From Leucoraja erinacea (Eukaryota): a DNA stretch of 64,000 nt. Position numbers and translations under genes: made by a program. Location of the stretch: positions 19,158,001 through 19,222,000 of the forward strand of contig NC_073400.1 of NCBI RefSeq assembly GCF_028641065.1. Direction: 5' to 3'. The number at the start of each line of letters is the position of its first letter. Position 1 is the first letter of the stretch. Below the pieces are notes generated by a model that saw nothing but the letters and a program-made list of their open reading frames with translations, did no database searches and had not been told where the DNA came from. Below are positions 11,929-22,911 of this stretch, piece after piece.

Positions 11929-12725
11929 GGGGGGGAGGGTAGGGCAAGCAGAGACCCTGCAAAATGACTTGGACAGGTTGGGAGAGTGGGTAAAGAAGTG
12001 GCAGATGGAATGCACCAAGCAAGTGTGGTGTCATGCATTTTGGTAGTAGGAATAAAGGCGTTAGCTATTATTTTCTAAATGGGGAGAGAATTCAGAAATC
12101 GAAGGCGCAAAAGGACTTGGGAGTACAGGTGCAGGTTGCAAACAAATGAATTTACAAGTCAAATCAGTAGTAAAGAAGGCAAATGCAATGCTAGCATTTA
12201 TTTCGATGGGACTAGAATATAAAAAGAGGGATTTAATGCTGAGGCTTCAAAAGGCACTATTCAACACATTTGAGTATTGAGTAGTTTTGGTCATATCTTA
12301 GGAAGGATGTACTGGCATTGAAGAAGATCCAGAGGTTTATGAGAATGATCCCAGAGATGATTGACATAATTATTGGCACTGGGACTTTACTCTCTGGTAT
12401 GTTTAGAGAGAATGTTTCCACTAGTGGGAGAGTCTTGGACCAGAGGACGCAGTCACAGAATAAAAGGACATACCTTTCGAAACGAGATGAGGAGGAATAT
12501 TTTTCTGTGAATCTGTGGAATTAATTGCCACTGAAGGCTGTGGAGGCCAGGTCAATGGATATTTTTAAAGCGGATATGAACACATTTTTGATTAGTACTA
12601 GGGGTTGAGTGTTAGGGGTTATGGGGAGAAGGCAGGAGAATGGGGTTGAGAGGGAAAGCCAGATCACCCATGATTGAACGGCGGAGTAGACTTGATGGAC
12701 CAAATGGCCTAATTCTGCTCCTGTA
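11770..12725 (+). mobile_element. CR1 LINE 3' region (degenerate)
   Basis: QGSVLGLLLF...FADDTKLGG followed by a CR1 3' end (...aatggcctaattctgctcctgta). Confidence 0.8.
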
Positions 12726-13169
12726 ACCCGACTGCCCCACTCTCACCACATCCCTAATTAATCCAATGACTCAATGATACTTTATTGTCACATGTACCTC
12801 GGTGCAGTGAAATGTTTCGTTTTGCATACAACCCGTTTCAAAAGCAAGCCAATCCCAAATACTATTCCCACTGCCCCGCTCCCCCCGCAGCGCTCTTTAG
12901 CAAATCTCAAACCAACTGTACAGCCCTGCATGAATCTCGCGATTCCACTCTCTCCCCACAATCCAGTCTCACCGCCCTTGCGGCTCTCTCTCGCAGGGTC
13001 AGCCTCTCCTGTATGTCCGGGCCCCAGGCTGAGGGAGGCGGCGATGAAGAGGGAGCCAGGCTGGGGAGCAGCGGCGGTGGGGGGTTGAGGAGGCCGGTGC
13101 CGCCCGGGGTTTCTCTCCTGCACCACTGCTTCCACACCGTCGGTAAACTACGGCGGCACAAGCGCGCCC

Positions 13170-13262
13170 ATCTGCCCGCGCCCCCCGCACACCTGCCCGC
13201 GCCCCCGCACGCCTGCCCGCGCCCCCCGCACGCCTGCCCGCGCCCCCGCACGCCTGCCCGCG
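13170..13262. repeat. GC-rich minisatellite, ~20-bp unit cctgcccgcgccccccgcacg, about 4.5 copies
   Basis: Direct tandem repetition. Confidence 0.9.
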
Positions 13263-13848
13263 TCCCCTCCTCCCTGATGGAGGTGGGACTTGGTTTGCCT
13301 GAAAGGAAAATGTGATCCCATTCTACCGGAGTGGGGGAGGGGTGCTTCCAGAGGTCGGGGGGGGGGGGGGGGTGGTGGGGTGGGGGGAGGAGGGAGAGGC
13401 TGCTCCAGAGGGGGAGGTCTGGAAGGGATGGGGGTTGGGAGGAGGAGAGGAACAAGGGTGTTGGAGTTAGTGATGATTGGATGAAGTGGGGGTTTGCACG
13501 GGCGTTGGGCTGGAGGGGGGTGGGGGGGGGGGGGTGGGGGTGAGGTGAGGTGGGTGGTTTTTGAAGGGGGAGGGGTTGTTTGGGAAGGGAGGGGGGGGGG
13601 TCATTTGGCGGGGGAGGGTGGTCGGGGGGGGGGGGCAGGTTGGAGGGTGAGGGTGGTCTGTAGGGGAGATGCTGGGGGTGGTTTGGAGGGGGGGTGGTCT
13701 GCGGAGGGAGGTCTGTAGGGGGGGAGGGGTGGCTTGGAGAGGAGGGGTTGTTTGGAGGGGGGGTGCTGGTGCTGTGGGTAGGGGTGGTTTGGAGGGGGCG
13801 AGGCGGAGTCAGACAATAACAGCAACACCGGGACACAATCTGCCTGTT

Positions 13849-14022
13849 TTATTCCGGCTCATTCCCACTTTCCAGTCGGCCGTGGGGCTTGTCCACGCGG
13901 ATCTCCCGGTGCCCCGGACATCCTGGGAAAAGCCAGTGAAGGGAGGAGTTCAGAGAGATCCGGCCTGAGCTGTGGGGAAAGCGTTCCCGGTCCGGCTGCC
14001 AGGGTTGGTGGGGACTCGTCGC
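13849..14022 (-). CDS. IGSF11-like putative terminal (cytoplasmic) exon
   Basis: ctctctccacag acceptor, then ATSPHQPWQPDRERF...ESGNEPE*. The stop TAA lies within an AATAAA. The reading frame is uncertain. Confidence 0.55.
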   Translation of the reverse strand, partial: ATSPHQPWQPDRERFPHSSGRISLNSSLHWLFPGCPGHREIRVDKPHGRLESGNEPE

Positions 14023-17000
14023 CTGTGGAGAGAGGGGAGCGAGTGTCAATGGGGGGGTGCGAGGGTGGGGAAGGGTCGGGTCGGAGGGGGGGGGGGGGGG
14101 GGTCGGGGGGGGGAGGGGGAGGGGGGGGGGGGTAAGGGTAGAGACCACCAGGGGAGGGGGGGAGGGTCAGCCCGGGGGAGGGGTAGTTGAGTGGGGGAGG
14201 ACCGTGGAGTGCCGTGGCCGGACTGACCTGCGCTGCTGCTGCCCGGCGCCCAGGCCGCTGTCCGGCCCCCTTGGAGTGCAGCCAGAGGCCAAGCCCAAAC
14301 AGGGTGAGGATAATCACAGCCATGGCCAGCGTGATGCCAATGCCCGCCGCCATGCCGCCCGCACTCTCCTGGGCTGGGTGAGGATGGCACAGAACAATCC
14401 CAATTATCCTCCCTGTTCAAATCACAACAATCCCGACCCACTCCCACTGTCTAATCCCAACGGTCCCGACCCAACTCCCACACACTCCACTGTGCACAAT
14501 TCCATTACATCCCAGTAGGAATGGTTTTGGGAGGAGGGCAACACTCACATATCTCCAGTGTCAGTGCCATTGAGCATGATTCTGAGGCCAAGACGTTGGA
14601 GGCGATGCAGAGATACACACCAGGACTGTCCACCGAGAGGGTCTGAATGAGCAGAGTCCCCGGAGAAGCTGCAGGGGAGATATCAGCGGGTCAGAAACAG
14701 AGTGGAGCTCCCTCTACACTTGCCCCGGCACACACTCCCAGGGCACAAATAGTGGCGCAGCGGTAGAGTTGCTGACTCACAGCGGCAGAGACGCGGCGGA
14801 TTCGATCTTGTCTGCACGGGGTTTGGATATTCTCTTTGTGACCGCGTGGGTTTTCTCCGGGATCTCGTTTCCCTCCACACTACAAAGACGTCCAGGGTTG
14901 TAAATTAATCGGCTTGGTATAAATGCAAATAGTCGCTAGTGTGTGTAGAATAGCGTTACTTATTGTGCGGGGATCGGTGGTCAGCTCGGACTCGGTGGGT
15001 CGAAGGGCCTATGTCCGTGCTGTATCTCTAAACTAAACTGAACCTTCCTCTACACGGCCCCGTCACACACTCCCGGGGCACGGGTCAAACACAAGGGAAA
15101 GGTGAGGCCCCCTCTACACGGCGCCGTCACACACTCACTGTGAGAGGAGTTGAGGATCTGGTTCCCGCTGGACTCCACTTTCCACCAGTTGTACGTCGGC
15201 TCGGGATTGCCACTGGACGAGTTACAGGTGAGGAGCATCGTGGCCCCGAGTTGTTCCTCGCCCCTCATCGCGCACTGAGGCGGGGAGGGGGCCTCTGGGA
15301 AGCACAGGCCAAAGATGAAACCCACCGCCTCCTCCACCCGATCCCCACCCATCTCACTCCTAATCACCCCCCGTCTACCTGCACTGCTCCCTCGCCTTTT
15401 CTCACTCCCTCCCTCACTGTCCCTGTCTATCTGCCTCTCTCCATCTCTCTCCGACTCTTCACTCTTCCACCTGCCCACATCCTCATTCCTCCCAATCAGC
15501 TACGCTCCTCTCCCTTTAGTCATTGTCCATTATTTACTGCATGCCCTTTCCACATTTTCTCTCCCTGAACCCTCCCCCTGTATATCCCTCAAAACCACTC
15601 CTCGCCATATATCTGTAGAAACCTATTTTGAAATCAGAAATTACAGCAGGATCTTGAGCAGCTGAGTAAGTGGCATGATAAATGGCTAATGCAGATAAGT
15701 GCAAGGTGTTACATTATGAAAAATCAAACCAGGGAAGGATCTTCACAGATAATACAGAGCTCTAGGGGGTGTTGCAGCGCAGATTTAGGAGTGTGATACG
15801 TATTTCCGTGAATATGGCAACGCAGTAGACAGGGTGGTTGAGAAGACGATTGGCCATTGGCCTTCATCGGTCAGGGTATCGAGTATCAAAGTAGGTATGT
15901 TATGTTACAGTTGTACAATATTGGTTAGGCAGCATTTGGAGTTTAATGTTCAGGTTTGAGCACTCTGCTATTGGGAGGATGTTGTTAATGCAGAGAAGAT
16001 TTACAAGGATTTTATCAAGACTCGAGGGTCTGAGATATAGGGATAAATTGGCCTGGCTAGGACTTTATACCTTGGAGCACAGGAGGCTGATGTTACAGGG
16101 TAGGGGTGTGTAAAACAATGAGAGGGATAAATGGGATGAATGCGCATTCTTTTACCCAGAGTAAGAAAATCAAGTGCCAGAGAACATGTTTAAGGTGAGA
16201 GGGGAAAGATTTAATAGGGACATGACGGGCAACCTTTTCACACAGAGGGTGGTGGGCATATGGAACGAGCTGACAGATGAGGTATGTTTAAGGAGGAACT
16301 GCAAATGTTGGAAAATCGAAGGTAGACAAAAATGCTGGAGAAGCTCAGCGGGTGAGGCAGCATCTGTGGAGCGAAGGAAATAGGCAACTTTCGGGTTGAG
16401 ACCCTTCTTCAGACAGGTGAGATAGTTGACGCAGATACGTTTAACAACATTTAAATATATTTGAACAGTACGCGCAGAGGAAAGATTTATGGGAATACGA
16501 GGTAAAGGCCAGATGGGACTAGCATAGATACGTAATCATAGATGATGACATGGACAAGTTGGGCCGAAGGGCCTGTTTTGTTCTGTGTGACTATGACTAT
16601 GAAAGGCATACTTGTACCCAGTTCTACAGTTGAACCCAGTTTATTTTGTATACTTCAATAATAATACCCCTCAGCCAGCTACACGCCCAAGAACAAAGTA
16701 TATAATTGCAGTCGGTAAATATGCAATAGATCCCGGCGAACCTGTATTACACTCTTCTTAAATAACTGTATAACCGGTCCTCCCCTTCCCCCGGCTCTCT
16801 TCCATTCTGCTCTCAGTCCCTCTCCCCTCCCTCCACCTTTTCCGCGTTCTTCCTCCGTCCCCGCACCTCAACAGTACACCCTCTCTTTCCCCCTCTCTCC
16901 GCTCTCACTCTCACCCACCCCCTCTCCCCATCCTCTTCCCCTTCCTATCCACCCCTCCTCTGTTATGCTTCTCGCTCCATTCCCACTCTGACCCCCCCCC

Positions 17001-18374
17001 CCACTCTCCACTCCACAACAACCTCATCCTTCCCATCCCCATCATCCTCTCCCCGCCTCCCCATCATCTCCCTCCTCCCCTTGTTCAGCTGCCTTCCTTG
17101 CCCCCCCCCCTCCGACCATTCCTGCTCCCCCCCCCCCCCTCTCCCCCCAACTCTCTCCTTCGTCGCACTCCCCGTTCCGCCCCGTCCCCCTCACCACCTT
17201 ATTTCCCCTCCCATCCCTCCTACCCCATCTCCCCCTCCCTTCTCCCCTTCACTCTCCCACTCCCCTTTCTCCCACTTCCTCTTTCCCACTCCACCCTTCC
17301 CACCCCCCTCCCTCTCCATTCTCCCGCCCTATTTATTCCTCCCCTCTCTTATTCCCCCGCCCCCCCCCTCCCCCCACTTCCTCCTTCACCCAATACCCCC
17401 CCCCTTCTCCTCACCGCCTCCCCCCCCCCCCCTCAAGCCCCCTCATTCATCCCCCTCTCCCGCCGGCCCCCCGGGCCGCACCCAGCACGTTGAGCCGGAC
17501 GGTATGGATGCGGGGTTGGGTGCAGGCGGGCCGGGTTGACGGTGATACACTGGTACAGACCGGCATCGTCCCGCTGCGCGCCCTCGATCACCACGCTGCC
17601 GCTGCGCCTGGGGGTCGCCCACGAACTTTGTCCGCGCCCCCGTGCCCCAGGGACTGGCGGTGACCGTCCCGCCCTGGTACAGTATCACCTGCGGGCAGAG
17701 ACACGGCCTTCAGTCCCGAGTGTTGGGGGGGGGGGGGGGGGGGGGACCGGGGGGGAGGGGGGAGGGTTAAAAGGTGAGGGGGCAAGACCGGGTGAGGAGG
17801 GTAGTTAAAGGGGGAGGGGACCGAGAGTTAATGGGGGAGGAGACAGGGGGGGGGGGGGGGTGAAAGGGGAAGGGGAGGGTTGGGGTTAGACCGAAGGGGG
17901 GGGGGGCTAAAGCGGATGGGGAAGAAGGATTAAATAGGTGGGGAAGTTAAAGTGTGAGGGCAATGAAGGGGGTTCTAGACCGGTAGGGGATCAGATTGTG
18001 TGGGGTATTTATGTGTGAGGGTGGGATTAGTGTAGGTGTGGTAGTCCGCGGCAGGGAAGGCCCGAGCATTGTGAAGGTGAGCCTCATACAGTAGGAGCCG
18101 GCGGACTTTGTCACTTTGTCAGCGCCGGAGATGGCCGCTGTTTGTATACCTTGGGTCTTGCAAGCAAAGAATGTCACTGTGCCTTGTCACATGTGACAAT
18201 AAAGATTCCATACCTGTGTGGGGCGTCCATCACCAGCTGTCGCCGTTAAACTCCAGACGATGGACAGTCTGGAGACATCCCGGGCATTGGCAATGTCACA
18301 GGGCAGCTTCGCGTTCAAACCCAGCAGGACAGAGACGGAGACGTCGCCAGCGGCCCAAGCACAGAGGTCCAGCA
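13849..18374 (-). CDS. CTX-family Ig cell-adhesion protein, IGSF11(BT-IgSF)-like (V + C2 + TM + tail); 5' signal exon not located
   Basis: GT-AG exons on the minus strand: 18374-18214, 17688-17482, 15294-15139, 14668-14549, 14373-14228, 14022-13849. Peptide motifs QVILYQGG, DDAGLYQC, PSPPQC..G....G..LLTC.S..G.P.PTY.W.K and GVYLCIASN match my recollection of IGSF11. The split-domain exon phases are CTX-like. Confidence 0.8.
14228..14373 (-). CDS. IGSF11-like transmembrane exon
   Basis: cccag|SQESAGGMAAGIGITLAMAVIILTLFGLGLWLHSKGAGQRPGRRAAAAQ|gtcagt. Confidence 0.8.
14549..14668 (-). CDS. IGSF11-like exon, second half of C2 domain
   Basis: tgcag|TSPGTLLIQTLSVDSPGVYLCIASNVLASESCSMALTLEI|gtgagt; 120 bp, phase 1-1. 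Confidence 0.85.
14741..15042 (+). mobile_element. Full-length V-SINE in the IGSF11-like intron
   Basis: tRNA-like head (gtggcgcagcggtagagttgc...gattcgatc), conserved core and (ctaaa)n tail. Confidence 0.85.
15139..15294 (-). CDS. IGSF11-like exon, first half of C2 domain
   Basis: cccag|EAPSPPQCAMRGEEQLGATMLLTCNSSSGNPEPTYNWWKVESSGNQILNSSH|gtgagt; 156 bp, phase 1-1. Confidence 0.85.
15640..16600 (+). mobile_element. CR1 LINE 3' region with a nested Penelope-derived short repeat (~16287-16415)
   Basis: FKVRGERFNRD..GNLFTQRVVGIWNEL. Nested element aggaactgcaaatgttggaaaatcgaagg...cccttcttcagac. Confidence 0.75.
17482..17688 (-). CDS. IGSF11-like exon, second half of V domain (two apparent +1 frameshifts)
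   Basis: cgcag|VILYQGGTVTASP..RTKFVGDP / RRSGSVVIEGAQRDDAGLYQCITVNP.. / RIHTVRLNVL|gtgcgg. Confidence 0.8.
18214..18374 (-). CDS. IGSF11-like exon, first half of V domain
   Basis: ttcag|...(V)LDLCAWAAGDVSVSVLLGLNAKLPCDIANARDVSRLSIVWSLTATAGDGRPTQ|gtatgg; phase 1-0. Confidence 0.8.
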
Positions 18375-18585
18375 CTGAACACACAGTGAAGCAATCAACC
18401 GCCGTACTGTGACCCGCTCCCAGGGATCAGACCCCAGCATATGGTCCACTCCTGGAGATCTGTCATTCTAGATCTAAACATCCGATCCCCTTGATTCGAC
18501 CCCAGCCCGTGACCCACTCGTGTAGACTTTCGAGACAGCGCGGAAACAGGTCATTCGGCCCACCGAGTCCGGGCCGACCCACGAT

Positions 18586-19025
18586 AACATAGAAACATAG
18601 AAAATAGGTGCTGGAGTAGGCCATTCGGCCCTTCGAGCCAGCATCGCCATTCAATATGATCATGGCTGATCATCCAAAATCAGTATCCCATTCCTGCTTT
18701 CTCCCCGTATCCATTGATTCCGTTAGCCCAAATAGCTATATATAACTCTTTCTTGAAAACATTCCCTGAATTTGCCTCCACTGTCTTCCGTGGCAAAGAA
18801 TTCCACAGATTCACAACTCTCCGGTTAAAACGTTTTTCCTCGTCTCAGTCCTAAATGGCCTACCCCTTATCCTTAAACTGTGACCCCTGGCTCTGGACTC
18901 CCTCCCCCAAACATCGGGAGCATTTTTCCTGCATCTAGTCTGTCCAATACCTTAAGAATTTTATATGCGTCTATAAGATTCCTTCTCATCCTTCTAAATT
19001 CCAGTGAATATAATCCCAGTCAATT
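18586..19025 (-). mobile_element. CR1 LINE 3' end
   Basis: (catagaaa)n tail and taggccattcggcccttcgagcc terminal motif in reverse orientation. Confidence 0.85.
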
Positions 19026-19439
19026 CAGTCAATTCATTCGACCCGAAAAGACCCCCATTCCTTCTCTCCAGCGATGCTGCCTGTCCCACTGAGTTACTCC
19101 AGCATTTTGTGTCTGTCTGGTGTAAACCAGCATACTCAGTTCCTTCCTTCACATTGCGTGTTCGGAATCAAATGGAGCTACCCCAGGTAGCCAACGCAGA
19201 GTATTTCTTGCCCGAGATCAGGCCAGTATGTCCCACTCACGCCCTCCCTAACCTTGAACAATATCCTACACACTATCCTACACACTGGGGACAATTTACA
19301 ATTAACAGAAGTCAATTAACCTACAAACCTCTATGTTTTTGGAGTACGGAGGGAAATCAGGAGAAAACCTACACTGCCACAGGGAGAACGTACAAACTCC
19401 GTACACATAACCCCCGTAGTCAGGACCGAATCCGTCTTG

Positions 19440-20025
19440 GGCTCTGGTGAGACCACATCTGGAGTATTGTGTACAGTTTTGGTCACCTAATTTGAGGAAG
19501 GACATCCTTGTGATTGAGGCAGTGCAGCGTCGGTTCACGAGATTGATCCCTGGGATGGCGGGACTGTCATATGAGGAAAGTTTGAAAAGACTAGGCTTGT
19601 ATTCACTGGAGTTTAGAAGGATGAGGGGGTTCTTATAGAAACATATAAAATTATAAAAGGACTGGACAAGCTCGATGCAGGAAAAAAATTCCCAATGTTG
19701 GGCGAGTCCAGAAACAGGGGGGCACAGTCTTAGATAAATGGGATACCTCATTTCTCACCTCATTTAAGACTGAGGTGAGAAAAAACTTTTTCACCCAGAG
19801 AGTTGTGAATTTATGGAATTCTCTGCCACAGAGGGCAGTGGAGGCCAAGTCACTGAATGGATTTAAGAGAGAGTTCGATAGAGCTCTAGGGGCTAGTGGA
19901 GTCAAGGGGTATGGGGAGAAGGCAAACACGGGTTATTGATAGGGGACGTTCAACCATAATCGCAATAAATGGCGGTGCTGGCTCGAAGGGCCGAATGGCC
20001 TCCTCCTGCACCTAGTTTCTATGCC
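19440..20025 (+). mobile_element. CR1 LINE 3' end
   Basis: [36 protein letters not shown] with a terminal ctcgaagggccgaatggcct. Confidence 0.9.
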
Positions 20026-20219
20026 TCTGGCGCTCTCTAAAGATAGCAACTCTTCCACGGTACTGCCTTTTTTGTTGTTGTTGCTAATCTCTCATTAATT
20101 AGTCGCTTCTATTTCAACCCACCCCTGGGGAGTTATTCTATATATAAACTCCCAAACCCATGTCGCAACGTCATGACATTTCGCTTAGGTTGCATGAGGA
20201 TTACTGCATCGGGATTCCA

Positions 20220-20446
20220 GTCCTCCCGGCTGGACTATTGCAACTCACTTCTCCTTGGCATCAGCTCCACCTACATCAACCGACTCCAACTGGTCCAGAA
20301 CGCAGCCGCCCGACTCATCACCCACACCAAATCCTGGCATCACATCACTCCAGTCCTCAAACAACTCCACTGGCTTCCCATCTCCCACCGGATCACCTAC
20401 AAAATCCTGATCCTCACCTACAAAGCCCTCCACCATCTGCCCCCCC

Positions 20447-20481
<35 letters not shown>

Positions 20482-20920
20482 ACTGACCCTCCTCTCCCCC
20501 CTACCAACCCTCACGGTCCCTCAGATCCACATCAGCCGGTTTCCTCTCCATCCCCTAATCCAACCTCCACATTTTTGGGGACAGAGCCTTCTCCACGGCA
20601 GCTCCCAGGCTCTGGAACTCCCTCCCTCAACTGATCCGCAATTCCGTGTCCCTCACCATCTTCCAGTCCCGCCTCAAGACTCATCTCTTCACCTCTGCCC
20701 ATCCTTAGCCCCACGTCCCCCCTCCCTTTTCATCTGTGCATTAATTGCCTCATATTGTGTTTTGAATTGTATTCTGTCTTTACTTTGTGTACTAGTCATG
20801 TCTCTACTATTTATTTCATTACCCTCACATGTTTTTCCTCTACCTGCTAAATTTTTGTAAGGTGTCCTTGAGATTCTTGAAAGGCGCCCATAAATAAAAT
20901 TTTGTATTATTATTATTATT
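20220..20920 (+). mobile_element. L2 LINE 3' end with (TAT)n tail
   Basis: SRLDYCNSLL...LQLVQNAAARL...HITPVLKQLHWLP. Confidence 0.9.
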
Positions 20921-22239
20921 ACTTTGTGTAGATCTGGTCATCCGATTACAGGAAGGGTGTGCTGGCTTTGGAATGGGTGTAGACGAGGTTTACCAGAAAA
21001 CTGCCTGGATTAGGCAGTCAGTACCCGCTATCAGGAAAGGTTGGACAGACATGGATTGTTTTGCCTGCAGTGTTGGAGGGTGAAGGGAGACCTGATAGAA
21101 GGACATAACATTTGAGAGGTAGACAGTTAGAACCTTTTCTCCCCAAAGGTTAAAAAGGTTACAAATACTAGATGGTAATACCATACTGTTGGAGGGGGGA
21201 ATATTTAAAGAATGTGCGGAGGGCGGGGGGGGGGGGGGGGGGTGAATCCTGGAGCGTGCTGGCAAGGTGGCGCGGAAGCGGACACAACAGTGGTGTTTTA
21301 AGCAGAGGGGATTTAGAAACATAGAAAATAGGTGCGGGAGTAGGCCATTCGGCCCTTCGAGCCAGCACCGTCATTCAATGTGATCATGGCTGATCATCCC
21401 CAATCAGTACCCCGTTCCAGCCTTCTCCCCATATCCCCTGACTCCGCTATTTTTAAGAGCCCTATCTAGCTCTCTCTTGAAAGCATCCAGAGAACATGCC
21501 TCCGCCGCCCTCTGAGGCAGTGTTTCCTCGTCTCCGATCTAAATGGCTTACTCATTATTCTTAAATATGTGATCATGGTTGATCATCCAAAATCAGTACC
21601 CCGCTCCTGCTTTCTCCCCATATCCATTGATTCCGTTAGCCCCAAGAGCTATATCTACCTCTCTCTTGAATACATCCAGTGAATTGGCCTCCACTGCCTT
21701 CTGTGGCAGAGAATTCCACAAAGTTTGGGTTAGGCTGCATGTGGAGTATTATTTAATTTAACTTTGCGCCGTGTTTGGCACAGGTATTGTGGGCCGAACG
21801 GTCTGTCCCTGTGCTGTTCTATGTTATAAACCCCCTGATTAGAAAGTGGGGTAACATAGAAGTAGTGTGGAGGGGGTGAATATTCCGCGTGTTCACATAC
21901 TGTGTTCTCTAAACTAAACTAATTGGATACCAGTGTGCCACCAAGTCCTGGCGAGCTCTAACCCCCACCCCCAGCCTGAATCCCTGGATCAGACCGCAGC
22001 TCCCAGCTAATTTCCCGGAGTGTTGATGGGAATGCCTCTGTGGAATCTGCGGTGTCCCCCTCTCGGTCCCTCTGCTTGTCTCCCGCCTGACTGCCCAAAT
22101 ACAGACAGCCACTGTCATGTCGTGACCAACTCACAAACTTTCTCAGCACAGGGCTGTGAACCAGCTTTCTCTCTCCCCCCCCCCCCCCCCCCCCCCCCCC
22201 CTCATTCTCTCTCTTTTGTTTTATTTCTCTCTGCACCAA

Positions 22240-22870
22240 CCCCACATCCCTCGATTCCTCAACATCTCAAACCCCAGCGATCTGTCCTGAATATCCTCAG
22301 TGACCGAGTCCCGAATCCTCTGTTGAAGAGAATTCCAAAGATCTCCCTTGTGGGGGGGGGGGGGGGGGGGGGGGGGACATGTCTTCCAGTCTCTCCCCTG
22401 AACGGTCGACGGTCGACTCTGAGACGGGGACCCCTGGTTCCAGACACGAAGGGGGGGAAGGGAAAAATGTCCGGCCGGGGGGAAACCCTCCCCCACACCC
22501 ACCCGGTGGGGCCCTGCCAAGGAGTTTTGAAGGTTTCAGTGAGATCTCCTCTCGTTCTTCTAAACTCCAGAGAGGACGGTCCCCAAATCTGCTTCCTCTC
22601 ACCTCCTGGGACAAACCCCCCCATCCCGGGAATCGATCCAGTGACCTTTTGCTGCACTCCCTCCCTCCCTCACGTGAGCCTCCCACGGGTGGGGAGCCCA
22701 GACCTGTCCACAATATTCCAGGTGTGGTCTCCCCCGGGCCCCGGATAAATGGAGGGAGACGTCTCAACTCCTGGACTCAACCACTGTCGTGGTGAAAGCC
22801 CAAGGACCGTCCCCCCCTCTCCTGACTGCTGCTCTTCCTGCAGGGAAACGTCCAGAGAGTGGTGTCCAGG
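22240..22870 (-). mobile_element. GC-shifted CR1 relic, inverted homologue of 2040-2600
   Basis: The reverse complement matches cctgcaggaagagcagcagtcaggag...gtggacaggtctgggctcccc. Confidence 0.7.
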
Positions 22871-22874
22871 GACC

Positions 22875-22911
<37 letters not shown>

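Noticed and set aside
11533-11967. Poly-Tyr/poly-Ile/poly-Gly ORFs
   Set aside because: They are translations of the (TAT)n LINE tail and a poly-G run.
14741-14815. tRNA gene
   Set aside because: It is the tRNA-derived head of a V-SINE, continuing into the SINE core and tail.
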